A stretch of 64,000 nt of DNA from Patescibacteria group bacterium (GTDB lineage Bacteria > Patescibacteriota > Patescibacteriia > Patescibacteriales > JBAZCA01): assembly GCA_041671125.1 (NCBI GenBank), contig JBAZCA010000002.1, forward strand, positions 137,529 through 201,528, read 5' to 3'. Under the pieces are notes generated by a model, which ran no database searches, was not told the origin of the DNA, and was given only the letters and a program-made list of their open reading frames with translations. Below are positions 26,143-33,836 of this stretch, piece by piece. The position numbers were made by a program, and so were the translations under genes. Position 1 is the first letter of the stretch; the number at the start of each line of letters is the position of its first letter.

Positions 26143-27465
26143 ATGCTTGACATCAAATACATCCGCGATAACGCGGAGGAGGTGAAAAAAAACTGCGAAC
26201 TGCGCAATATTAAATGCGACATTAATCGCCTGCTTTTACTTGATGTAAAAAAAAGAAAGATCCAAAAAGAAGCCGAAAACCTTAACGCGGAAAAAAATAA
26301 ATTAAATGACCTAGTAAGATCGGCCAGCCCTGACGAGCGGGCTAAATTTATTGAACAGGGAAAAGCTGTTAAAGAAAAACTGGAAAAAATAAAACCCGAT
26401 CTAGAAGAGGCGGAAAAGGAATTTAAACTGATTTCCAATAAAGTGCCTAATGCCATTTCTTCGGATACTCCCATCGGACCAGATGAATCGGGAAATAAAG
26501 TGATCGAAAAAGTCGGCGAACCAAAAAAATTTGACTTTGAGCCGAAAGAGCATTGGCAACTCGGCGAAGAGCTTGATATTATTGATATCCCGAGAGCCGC
26601 TAAGGTAAGCGGCAGCCGTTTTAACTATCTTAAGGGCGAAGCGGCCCTTTTAGAATTCGCTCTTATCCAGCACTGCTTTTCCATTTTAACCAATGAAAAA
26701 ATCCTTAAAGAAATAATTGATAAAAATAATCTTAAAATTTCCTCAAAGCCTTTTGTTCCGGTAGTCCCGCCCGTACTCATAAAGCCCGATTCAATGGATC
26801 GGATGGCGAGGCTTGAACCAAGAGAGGAAAGATATCACACCGCCGCCGACGACATGTACCTGGTCGGAAGTGCCGAACACACCTTAGGCGCCATGTATAT
26901 GGACGAAACGCTGGAAGAGGATAAATTTCCTCTTCGCTATATCGGCTTTTCAACGGCTTTTAGAAGAGAGGCGGGATCTTATGGCAAGGACATGAAAGGA
27001 ATTTTACGGGTCCATCAGTTTGATAAGCTGGAAATGGAATCATTTACCTTGCCGGAAAATTCACTGGCAGAGCAGGATTTCATAGTGGCGATTCAAAAAT
27101 ACTTAATAGGTTCTCTGGGGCTGGCGTATCAGGTCGTGGCCATCTGTACCGGCGATATGGGCGGACCGGATTACCGGCAGATTGATATTGAAACCTGGAT
27201 GCCGGGGCAGAATAAATATCGCGAAACAAATACTTCCGACCTGATGAATGATTATCAGTCCCGCCGCCTCAATACCAGAGTAAAAAGAAAGGACGGAAAA
27301 ACCGAATATGTCCATATGAACGACGCGACCGCTTATGCCATCGGAAGAACTATCATAGCTATAATGGAAAATTACCAGCGCTCTGACGGCTCAATAGTTA
27401 TCCCTGAAGTCCTAAAAAAATACCTGCCGGAAGGGATGGAAGTGATTAAGAGAAAAAAAACGTAG
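26143..27465 (+). CDS. serS: Serine--tRNA ligase
   Basis: N-terminal coiled-coil arm; class II motifs FRREAGSYGKDMKGILRVHQFDKLE and GRTIIAIMENYQ. Confidence 0.95.
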   Translation: MLDIKYIRDNAEEVKKNCELRNIKCDINRLLLLDVKKRKIQKEAENLNAEKNKLNDLVRSASPDERAKFIEQGKAVKEKLEKIKPDLEEAEKEFKLISNKVPNAISSDTPIGPDESGNKVIEKVGEPKKFDFEPKEHWQLGEELDIIDIPRAAKVSGSRFNYLKGEAALLEFALIQHCFSILTNEKILKEIIDKNNLKISSKPFVPVVPPVLIKPDSMDRMARLEPREERYHTAADDMYLVGSAEHTLGAMYMDETLEEDKFPLRYIGFSTAFRREAGSYGKDMKGILRVHQFDKLEMESFTLPENSLAEQDFIVAIQKYLIGSLGLAYQVVAICTGDMGGPDYRQIDIETWMPGQNKYRETNTSDLMNDYQSRRLNTRVKRKDGKTEYVHMNDATAYAIGRTIIAIMENYQRSDGSIVIPEVLKKYLPEGMEVIKRKKT

Positions 27466-27546
27466 CCCTGATTTAATTCACTCCCGGAAAAATACGCTCA
27501 AACCCGCAAACGAAGTATTTAGATATTATTATTAACTAATACTTCT

Positions 27547-28041
27547 ATGGAAATGGGAAATTATGAGTTAAAAAAGGGAGGAATTTTAGAGTTGCCGCCG
27601 GGACTGGATCCGGAGGATAAGAGACAGGTGGATTTTGAATTTTCCCAGGGCAAACTGATCGACGGCGACTCGCTTAATACCTGGAGCGCCCTGATGATGC
27701 CTGACAATATTGATTTTAAGAACTTGAAACCGGTTTTAAGCTACGCCGATTTTTATGGGCGGCAATCTGCCGAAGCCGTTGAAAAAAAGACAAAAGATCT
27801 TCCGCCCAAGCTTAAAAATACGGAAATCGCCCGCCTTAAAAATAAACATAAAGCAAAAGATGATTATATAATGAAATTAAGCGATAAAGAACAAATAAGG
27901 GCATTTAATAAATTAGTGATAAGGTTTAATACGGATTTAACGAGGATTAAAAGAGAAGAAGATATTGAAATATTGAAGTATTACATGTTCTGGGCTAAAA
28001 AAATTTGTTCTGAAAAAAAGCGGCTCAAAGACGCGGTATAA
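27547..28041 (+). CDS. Hypothetical protein
   Basis: Intact 164-codon ORF abutting murG. Lys-rich, with no recognisable motif. Confidence 0.4.
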   Translation: MEMGNYELKKGGILELPPGLDPEDKRQVDFEFSQGKLIDGDSLNTWSALMMPDNIDFKNLKPVLSYADFYGRQSAEAVEKKTKDLPPKLKNTEIARLKNKHKAKDDYIMKLSDKEQIRAFNKLVIRFNTDLTRIKREEDIEILKYYMFWAKKICSEKKRLKDAV

Positions 28042-28042
28042 A

Positions 28043-29173
28043 ATGACTCTATCAGTAAAAAAACGGATACTATTTTCCGGCGGGGGAACGGCGGGCTCGG
28101 TGAGTCCGCTTTTGGCGATTTACGATAGAATAACCTCACCCCCAACCCCTCTCCTTATTAAGGAGAGGGGAGAGTTTGAATTTTTCTGGATTGGAACCAA
28201 AAATGGAATTGAGCGGGAAATGGTTAAGCGCGAGGGCATACCTTTCAAGGCCATCTATTCCGGAAAATTACGCCGTTATTTCAGCCTGAAAAATTTTTCC
28301 GACATCTTTTTTTTAAAACTCGGATTTTTCCAGTCGCTTTTCATCATGCTAAAATGGCGGCCGGATTTAGTTATGAGCGCCGGCGGATTCGTTAGCGTCC
28401 CGGTTGTCTTCGCGGCCTGGGTCTTACGCGTCCCGGCGCTAATCCATCAGCAGGACGTCCGGCCGGGTTTAGCCAATAAAATAATGGCGCCGTTCGCCAA
28501 AGTGATTACCGTCACTTTTGAAAAATCATTAAAAGATTACGGCGAAAAAGCGGCATGGGTCGGGAATCCGGCGAGGAAAGTTCTCACGACTAAAAACTCA
28601 CAACTCAAAACTCAAAATTTTTTTAAGGGCGCGGATGAGGATAATAATTTGCCGGTTTTGCTAATTGTCAGTGGCGGTACCGGAGCAATGTTTATAAATA
28701 ATTTAGTCGCTAAATCAAAAAGCGAGCTCACAAAATTCTGTCAGGTTATTCATGTAACCGGTAAGAATAAAATTCCAAACTCCATCCCGCAAATTGTGGG
28801 ACCAAATATCAAATATCATCTTTTTGAATTCCTTCCGGCCGATAAAATGGCAGAAGCCATGAAAAAAGCCGACCTGGTCATAACAAGAGCCGGCATGAGC
28901 TTTTTAACCGAGCTTTCTTTTTTAGGCAAACCGGCGATAATCATTCCGATTCCGGATTCGCACCAGACTGACAACGCGCGGGTTTTTTTAGAAAGGGAGG
29001 CGGCGGTTATTTTAGAACAAAAAAATCTGGACGAGGATAAATTCGTTTTTCAGGTAAAATCTCTTTTAACGGACGTCCGGACACGCGAAAAACTTAGTGC
29101 CAACATAAGCCGGATCATGAAACCGGGAGCGAACGAAGAAATGCTGAAAATCATCAGCCGGTTGCTGGCTTGA
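28043..29173 (+). CDS. murG: Undecaprenyldiphospho-muramoylpentapeptide beta-N-acetylglucosaminyltransferase
   Basis: G-loop GGGTAGSVSPLLAI; C-terminal TRAGMSFLTELSFLGKPAIIIPIPDSHQTDNA. Contains two repeat-derived in-frame insertions (see findings). Confidence 0.9.
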   Translation: MTLSVKKRILFSGGGTAGSVSPLLAIYDRITSPPTPLLIKERGEFEFFWIGTKNGIEREMVKREGIPFKAIYSGKLRRYFSLKNFSDIFFLKLGFFQSLFIMLKWRPDLVMSAGGFVSVPVVFAAWVLRVPALIHQQDVRPGLANKIMAPFAKVITVTFEKSLKDYGEKAAWVGNPARKVLTTKNSQLKTQNFFKGADEDNNLPVLLIVSGGTGAMFINNLVAKSKSELTKFCQVIHVTGKNKIPNSIPQIVGPNIKYHLFEFLPADKMAEAMKKADLVITRAGMSFLTELSFLGKPAIIIPIPDSHQTDNARVFLEREAAVILEQKNLDEDKFVFQVKSLLTDVRTREKLSANISRIMKPGANEEMLKIISRLLA

Positions 29174-29273
29174 TTACTCTGCCTGCCAGTTCGGCATTCA
29201 ATTCGCCGGCCAGTTTTTCGGCGGCTTTTTTTGTTATTCCCGTGCGGGAATAGTAGGTGATGAGGGTTTTCAT
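29154..29273 (-). pseudogene. N-terminal remnant of a flavodoxin-like gene
   Basis: The minus-strand ORF MKTLITYYSRTGITKKAAEKLAGELNAELAGRVIKPATG* resembles the flavodoxin N-terminus and phosphate-binding loop (MK.LIvYYSrTGNTkk.Ae.ia). It stops after 39 codons, inside the murG 3' end. Confidence 0.45.
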
Positions 29274-29287
29274 GGGTATGTAAAATT

Positions 29288-29515
29288 TTACTCGCAATCT
29301 CTGCACATGCATTTGCATATTTTATTTACACATTCAGGGCTGTAGCCGGATTTGGCTGGAGAATCATAAACGGAGCAATCTATCGCTTGGCATTCTTGGT
29401 CTGACTTGCACTTGATGCTTTCTTTGGCTTCAACCGCGGGTTTTTGTTGGGCAGGGGCACTACCGCAACCAGACAGTAAAAGGACGGATATCAGTATTAA
29501 AAATATATGTTTCAT
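29288..29515 (-). CDS. Small Cys-rich lipoprotein
   Basis: Lipobox LLLSGC after a signal peptide. The roughly 56-residue mature part contains 8 further Cys (CKSDQECQAIDC...CVNKICKCMCRDCE). Confidence 0.55.
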   Translation of the reverse strand: MKHIFLILISVLLLSGCGSAPAQQKPAVEAKESIKCKSDQECQAIDCSVYDSPAKSGYSPECVNKICKCMCRDCE

Positions 29516-29694
29516 AAAATTAGGGTTAGAACATTACGAGTATCCGAAATTTTGTGCAACAATAGCGGAACGGAATTTAGGCGAAGGCTTCCAATACCTA
29601 TCAGAACACTAATAGGTCCAATTATAACAACTAAGATGTTATACCAATTAACTGCTATAAACCAGTCAACTAGTTTATTTAATAAAGAAATCAT
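29512..29694 (-). CDS. Small hydrophobic protein, ATGA-coupled to the Cys-rich lipoprotein gene
   Basis: 60 codons with one clear TM stretch (WYNILVVIIGPISVLIGIG). Its stop overlaps the downstream ATG (ATGA). Confidence 0.35.
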   Translation of the reverse strand: MISLLNKLVDWFIAVNWYNILVVIIGPISVLIGIGSLRLNSVPLLLHKISDTRNVLTLIL

Positions 29695-29899
29695 AAATGA
29701 TTATTTTAAAACTTCACCTAACGCAAGCGCAGCGAGCACATTTCGTCTAACGTTTCGGCGTATCTGAAGTTCTGCGGAGTGAAACGGAGCAGAATTTGGG
29801 CGAAGCTAGTAAAATAATCTTTTAATTTTTTAAATCTTTTATAGTGTTTATAATCGATGTGGAATGCACCCATTTCGTCGGACACTTTTGTCCACATAA

Positions 29900-30709
29900 T
29901 CAACCTTTGGCGGCAATGGCGTAATACTTTGATGGCGGCATCCTAAGATCACCCTGAATCCTAATATTATTGTAATAATATATCTGATGGTAAATTCTTT
30001 CAATCAGTTCACCCTCTGTTTCACACCGGTTCGGGTTTTCCAGCTCCAGCTTGAACTGCGAATAAAATGATTCCTGATGATGATTTTCCCAGGGACTGCC
30101 TTTCTTGCTCATTGACACAACCACCCCTAGTTTTTCCAGAAATACCGCGTGCTCTTCAGACTGATATTCGGATCCTTGGTCTGAATGGAAATATCGGGGC
30201 AGAATGCCCCGTTTCCTGATAGCATCCATGACTGCCGCTTTAACCAAGTGCCGGTTGTGCCGGCTGGATACGGCGAAGCCGATTATTTCCTTGCCGTAAA
30301 CGTCAATTACCGTGGCCAGATAAAGAAACCTGTCTTTGTGCCGGATGTAGGTGAAATCGGCCGCCCAGGCAATATTGTGATCAGATATATCTTTGTCTTT
30401 TATCTCATTCCTGTAATGAGCGACCGGCAAATTGATATCGCCTTTCTTTTTTGGCCATTTGCGGCGGCAGAGCCGGGGCTTTAGTCCGTTTGCCTGCATT
30501 ACCCGGAATATTTTCTTGTGGTTTTTTCCGAGGACAATGGCTACCCGGCGGTAGCCGTAGGCCGGATTGGAATCCATGACTTCGACAACTTCCTTTCTTA
30601 CTTCTTCATCCTGAACTTTCTTTTTTGACCGGTAATACAGAGTGGAACGGGCAATTCTTAGTTTCCTGGCTAATGCTTTTTTAGATATCACTCCTTTTTC
30701 TGCCAGCAA
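29900..30709 (-). CDS. IS3-family transposase OrfB (DDE integrase domain), normally expressed as an OrfAB fusion by -1 frameshift
   Basis: WAADFTYI (D), HSDQGSEY (D), and an ENHHQESFYSQFKLE region (E), giving the DDE triad spacing typical of IS3. Confidence 0.9.
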   Translation of the reverse strand: MLAEKGVISKKALARKLRIARSTLYYRSKKKVQDEEVRKEVVEVMDSNPAYGYRRVAIVLGKNHKKIFRVMQANGLKPRLCRRKWPKKKGDINLPVAHYRNEIKDKDISDHNIAWAADFTYIRHKDRFLYLATVIDVYGKEIIGFAVSSRHNRHLVKAAVMDAIRKRGILPRYFHSDQGSEYQSEEHAVFLEKLGVVVSMSKKGSPWENHHQESFYSQFKLELENPNRCETEGELIERIYHQIYYYNNIRIQGDLRMPPSKYYAIAAKG

Positions 30710-30716
30710 TCTGGCC

Positions 30717-30965
30717 TTAGCGATTTTTTTTCCCCTTGCCCGAGTCGAGCATTACTTCGGCGATTATCATCTTCAGTTGTTGGTTTTCCCGCCGCAGGCG
30801 GGCTACCTCCAGCGTATCCGCTCCGATCTTGCCTCGCCCGAGCCAGCCGTAGATGGTATTGGTGGAAATTCCAAATTCTTTGGCCGCCTGATAGACGGAC
30901 AGGCCTTCGGCCTTGATTCTTTCCACGATTTTATCCCTTATTTCCTGGCTAATTCGTTTAGCCAT
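30717..30965 (-). CDS. IS3-family transposase OrfA (helix-turn-helix)
   Basis: HTH (LSVYQAAKEFGISTNTIYGW) followed by a leucine-zipper-like LEVARLRRENQQLKMIIAE. Confidence 0.85.
   Translation of the reverse strand: MAKRISQEIRDKIVERIKAEGLSVYQAAKEFGISTNTIYGWLGRGKIGADTLEVARLRRENQQLKMIIAEVMLDSGKGKKNR
30734..30741 (-). other. Probable programmed -1 frameshift slippery run (GGGAAAAAAAAT on the coding strand)
   Basis: An A8 run sits at the orfA/orfB overlap. A -1 shift yields ...GKGKK-IAKARLLAEKGVISKK, continuous with OrfB. Confidence 0.6.
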
Positions 30966-31238
30966 ATTGTTGGCAATGATTAATTTAAATACTAGCTATT
31001 CCTATTTTAAACCATTGCCGCTTTATGTGAAAATAGGTGTCCGAATTTTGGGGTGCATTCCAAACATATAAAAACGAATTTCATTTTTTCCTCATATTCG
31101 GTGTTGTACGTAGTAAATTTTTTATCTGGTTTTAAAATGTATAAACTTAATCTTCTCTAAAAAGAAAATTTGATTTTTTGTTTTGAAAAAATGGAAGAGG
31201 GGAATTAAAGGGGTGAATTCCATTTTTTTCAAAACTCA

Positions 31239-32054
31239 TTATTCGACAATTATTTTAAAGAATCTACCTATTTTGCTTCCAATATCAAGCTCTTTAAATT
31301 CTTCAATTCCTACATTTGCATCTTTAAAATCTGTAACACTGACCTTATCGCATACTATTTCAATTCCTTGTCGATTATGATTAAGCATCAGTTTTATCTT
31401 ATTCTGATTACTTTTGTCTTGAAATAACAGAAAAATTCCTCCATTAATATCAGTATCAACTTTTTTATATTCTATATTCTCACACGTCAAATGGCCAAAA
31501 CCATAAAAAGGAACATGATACCATGCTCCTTTTTCATTTATGTCTTTCGTGCCAGTTTGTCTAATTTCTATCTTCGCCTCTTTAGATTTTTCATTTATTA
31601 AAATTTGACCGATTTGCCACCCTTGTATAGGTAAGCTACCACCATTTTTTTCAATAGTTTCAAAATTTAAAACTCTATTCTTGAAAAAATCCAAATCTTT
31701 ATTTTCTTTAGAGCTAGAAGAAGAATTATGTTGATTATTATTAAAATAGTTTTTAGCTCCAACCTGCTCTCCAAATTCTATTGAATCAGAATCAATCGTA
31801 TATCCGTTTTTTTCAAGAAAATCTAAACCTGTTAAGACTGCTGTTGCTGGATCTGCGGCTCGTTTTGAAAATGTTTTCCAGGTTTTTTCCCACCAGTGTT
31901 TTTTTTCTTTCTTCACCTTAACAATAAACATATATCCAATGCCGTTAACCAATAAAAGACTGGCGAGTGCTCTATCTGGTATTTCCCATTCAATGGTATT
32001 TTTTAAAGGCGCTTTGCTTTCCACGCGTGGAATAGAAGTTAAATTTTGTGGCAT
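31239..32054 (-). CDS. AT-rich orphan protein with N-terminal membrane anchor
   Basis: Intact 271-codon ORF. Hydrophobic stretch LASLLLVNGIGYMFIV. Asn/Lys/Ser-rich low-complexity linker. No recognisable domain. Confidence 0.45.
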   Translation of the reverse strand: MPQNLTSIPRVESKAPLKNTIEWEIPDRALASLLLVNGIGYMFIVKVKKEKKHWWEKTWKTFSKRAADPATAVLTGLDFLEKNGYTIDSDSIEFGEQVGAKNYFNNNQHNSSSSSKENKDLDFFKNRVLNFETIEKNGGSLPIQGWQIGQILINEKSKEAKIEIRQTGTKDINEKGAWYHVPFYGFGHLTCENIEYKKVDTDINGGIFLLFQDKSNQNKIKLMLNHNRQGIEIVCDKVSVTDFKDANVGIEEFKELDIGSKIGRFFKIIVE

Positions 32055-32119
32055 AAATTTTGTTAAATTAAAATTGTCTTTGTAGCGGAGCGGAGAAGAC
32101 TCCTTATATCCGAACTAAT

Positions 32120-32148
32120 TTGACTAAATAACTAAAATTAAATAAAAT
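32120..32148 (+). promoter_or_regulatory. Possible promoter reading into the integrase remnant and murC
   Basis: TTGACT, a 17-nt spacer, then TAAAAT. Followed by the strong SD AAGAGGAGG before ATG 32182. Confidence 0.4.
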
Positions 32149-32181
32149 ATAGGTATAATAATTCCAGGTATAAGAGGAGGT

Positions 32182-32379
32182 ATGGCTGGAAACAACAATT
32201 ATCCGAGTAAAAATCCGCTGGAACGCCTTAAACGGGAGATGAAACTCCGGAATTTTAGTAACAGGACGGTTAAAGCTTATCTATATTATATAGCAGATCT
32301 GCTAAAGTTTGCAAATTTTTACTATTTACTTAATTATGGACATCTCCAAAATAAAAAAAATCTACATGATCGGGATTAA
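32182..32379 (+). pseudogene. N-terminal fragment of a tyrosine recombinase/integrase (SAM-like N-domain only)
   Basis: NPLERLKREMKLRNFSNRTVKAYLYYIADLLKF matches the integrase N-terminal core-binding motif (L...ir.r.yS.rT.k.Y..wi..f..F). Similarity ends after about 45 aa and the ORF runs out of frame into murC. Confidence 0.55.
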
Positions 32380-33742
32380 GGGCGTAGGGATGACTATGCT
32401 CGGCCAGTTTCTCGCGGAAAAAGGCTTTAGCGTTAGCGGGTCGGATACTGAGGAAAAATTCATGACCGAAAAAGCGCTCGCTAAAGCCGGCATTCAGGTA
32501 ATTGAAGGCTTTAATGAAAATAACATCCCGCCGGACGCCGACCTTATAATCCATTCCATCGCCTATAACCCGGAAAACAACTCGGAAGTCGCGAAGGCTC
32601 AAACCGGAAAAATAAAGACCCTTAATTACGGCGAAGCGGCCGGTATGTTTTTTAACGAATATTACGGCATTGCCGTCGCCGGATCGCACGGCAAGACTAC
32701 TACTACGGCCTGGCTCGGATACGTGCTCCTGAAATCAGGATTTCACCCCAATGTCATGGCCGGTTCGCACGTCCCCCAGTTCGGCGGAACGAGCATTGCC
32801 GGAGACTCGGATTATCTTGTCGCCGAGGTGGATGAATACGGCAACAAATTCCAGTATTACCGCCCGCGGGTCGCGCTCTTAAATAACATTGATTATGACC
32901 ATCCGGATTTTTTTCCGACTCCGGACGACTATGAAAAAGTATTTATTGAATTCATAAAAAAAATCCCGAAAAAGGGTTTTCTTGTCGCTAATTTTGACGA
33001 CCCGGTTATAAAAAAAATTGCCCGGGTAAATTGCTTAGGCAAAGTTATAAGCTACGCTTTGAATGATTCGGAAGCCGATTATATCGCTTCGGAAATAACC
33101 CAAAAAGGCGACCGCCAGTATTTCCGCGTTATGGCCGAGGATAATGATTTGGGAATTTTTTCCATCCGGCTTTCCGGCAGGCATAACGTTTTTAACGCGC
33201 TCGCGGTTATTGCCGCGGCGGTTGAGCTTTCCGCCGGGCTTTCGGACATAAGAGAGCATCTCGGCGAATTCGCCGGGACTGACCGGCGGATGGAATTTTT
33301 AGGCGAATTTAACGGCGCGGCTCTATACGACGATTACGCGCATCACCCGACCGAAATAAAGACCACTCTGGAAGGGGTAAGGGAAAGCCATCCGGATAAA
33401 AAATTAATCGTAGTTTTTCATCCGCATACTTTTACGAGGACTAAAGCGCTCTTAAACGACTTTGCCCGAAGTTTTGCCGCGGCTCACGAGCTTATTGTTC
33501 TTGATATCTACGGTTCAGCCCGGGAAAAACAGGGCGGAGTGCATTCTAAAGACTTAATTGAAAAAATAATTTTAAGAAACGCTGAAACAGGGAATACGAC
33601 CCAGACGGTAAGACACATCGCGACCTTGGCCGAGTGCGAAAAATATTTAAGCGGTCGGCTTGGGCGCGGCGATTTATGCCTTCTTATGGGCGCCGGCGAC
33701 GTATTTAGAATTGGAGAAAATCTCGTAACCCGTAACTCATAA
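32336..33742 (+). CDS. murC: UDP-N-acetylmuramate--L-alanine ligase
   Basis: IYMIGIKGVGMTMLGQFL; P-loop VAGSHGKTTTTAWL; DYAHHP. Start moved to MDISKIKK (32336). Confidence 0.95.
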   Translation: MDISKIKKIYMIGIKGVGMTMLGQFLAEKGFSVSGSDTEEKFMTEKALAKAGIQVIEGFNENNIPPDADLIIHSIAYNPENNSEVAKAQTGKIKTLNYGEAAGMFFNEYYGIAVAGSHGKTTTTAWLGYVLLKSGFHPNVMAGSHVPQFGGTSIAGDSDYLVAEVDEYGNKFQYYRPRVALLNNIDYDHPDFFPTPDDYEKVFIEFIKKIPKKGFLVANFDDPVIKKIARVNCLGKVISYALNDSEADYIASEITQKGDRQYFRVMAEDNDLGIFSIRLSGRHNVFNALAVIAAAVELSAGLSDIREHLGEFAGTDRRMEFLGEFNGAALYDDYAHHPTEIKTTLEGVRESHPDKKLIVVFHPHTFTRTKALLNDFARSFAAAHELIVLDIYGSAREKQGGVHSKDLIEKIILRNAETGNTTQTVRHIATLAECEKYLSGRLGRGDLCLLMGAGDVFRIGENLVTRNS

Positions 33743-33815
33743 TTCATAACTCATTTTATTGGCACGTTAAATAATTAAATTTAAGTTGCGAGTTACGAGT
33801 TATGGGATATGAGAG
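33724..33815 (+). repeat. Imperfect palindrome of GTAACTCA/CATAACTC words; the left arm encodes the last murC codons
   Basis: CGTAACCCGTAACTCATAATTCATAACTCAT versus GTTGCGAGTTACGAGTTATGGGATATGAG. Confidence 0.5.
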
Positions 33816-33836
33816 AATGCTAAAATAACATTAAAC

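Larger units (their letters stand above)
29860..31062 (-). mobile_element. IS3-family insertion sequence (1203 bp)
   Basis: Terminal inverted repeats TGGAATGCACCC......TCGGACAC (20 of 26 positions identical between ends) enclose orfA and orfB with an A8 slippery run. Confidence 0.85.

Noticed and set aside
29718-29903. 61-aa minus-strand ORF starting inside the IS3 left end
   Set aside because: It begins within the IS terminal repeat and reads out into flanking DNA. It has no SD and is likely fortuitous, although outward transcription from the IS cannot be excluded.
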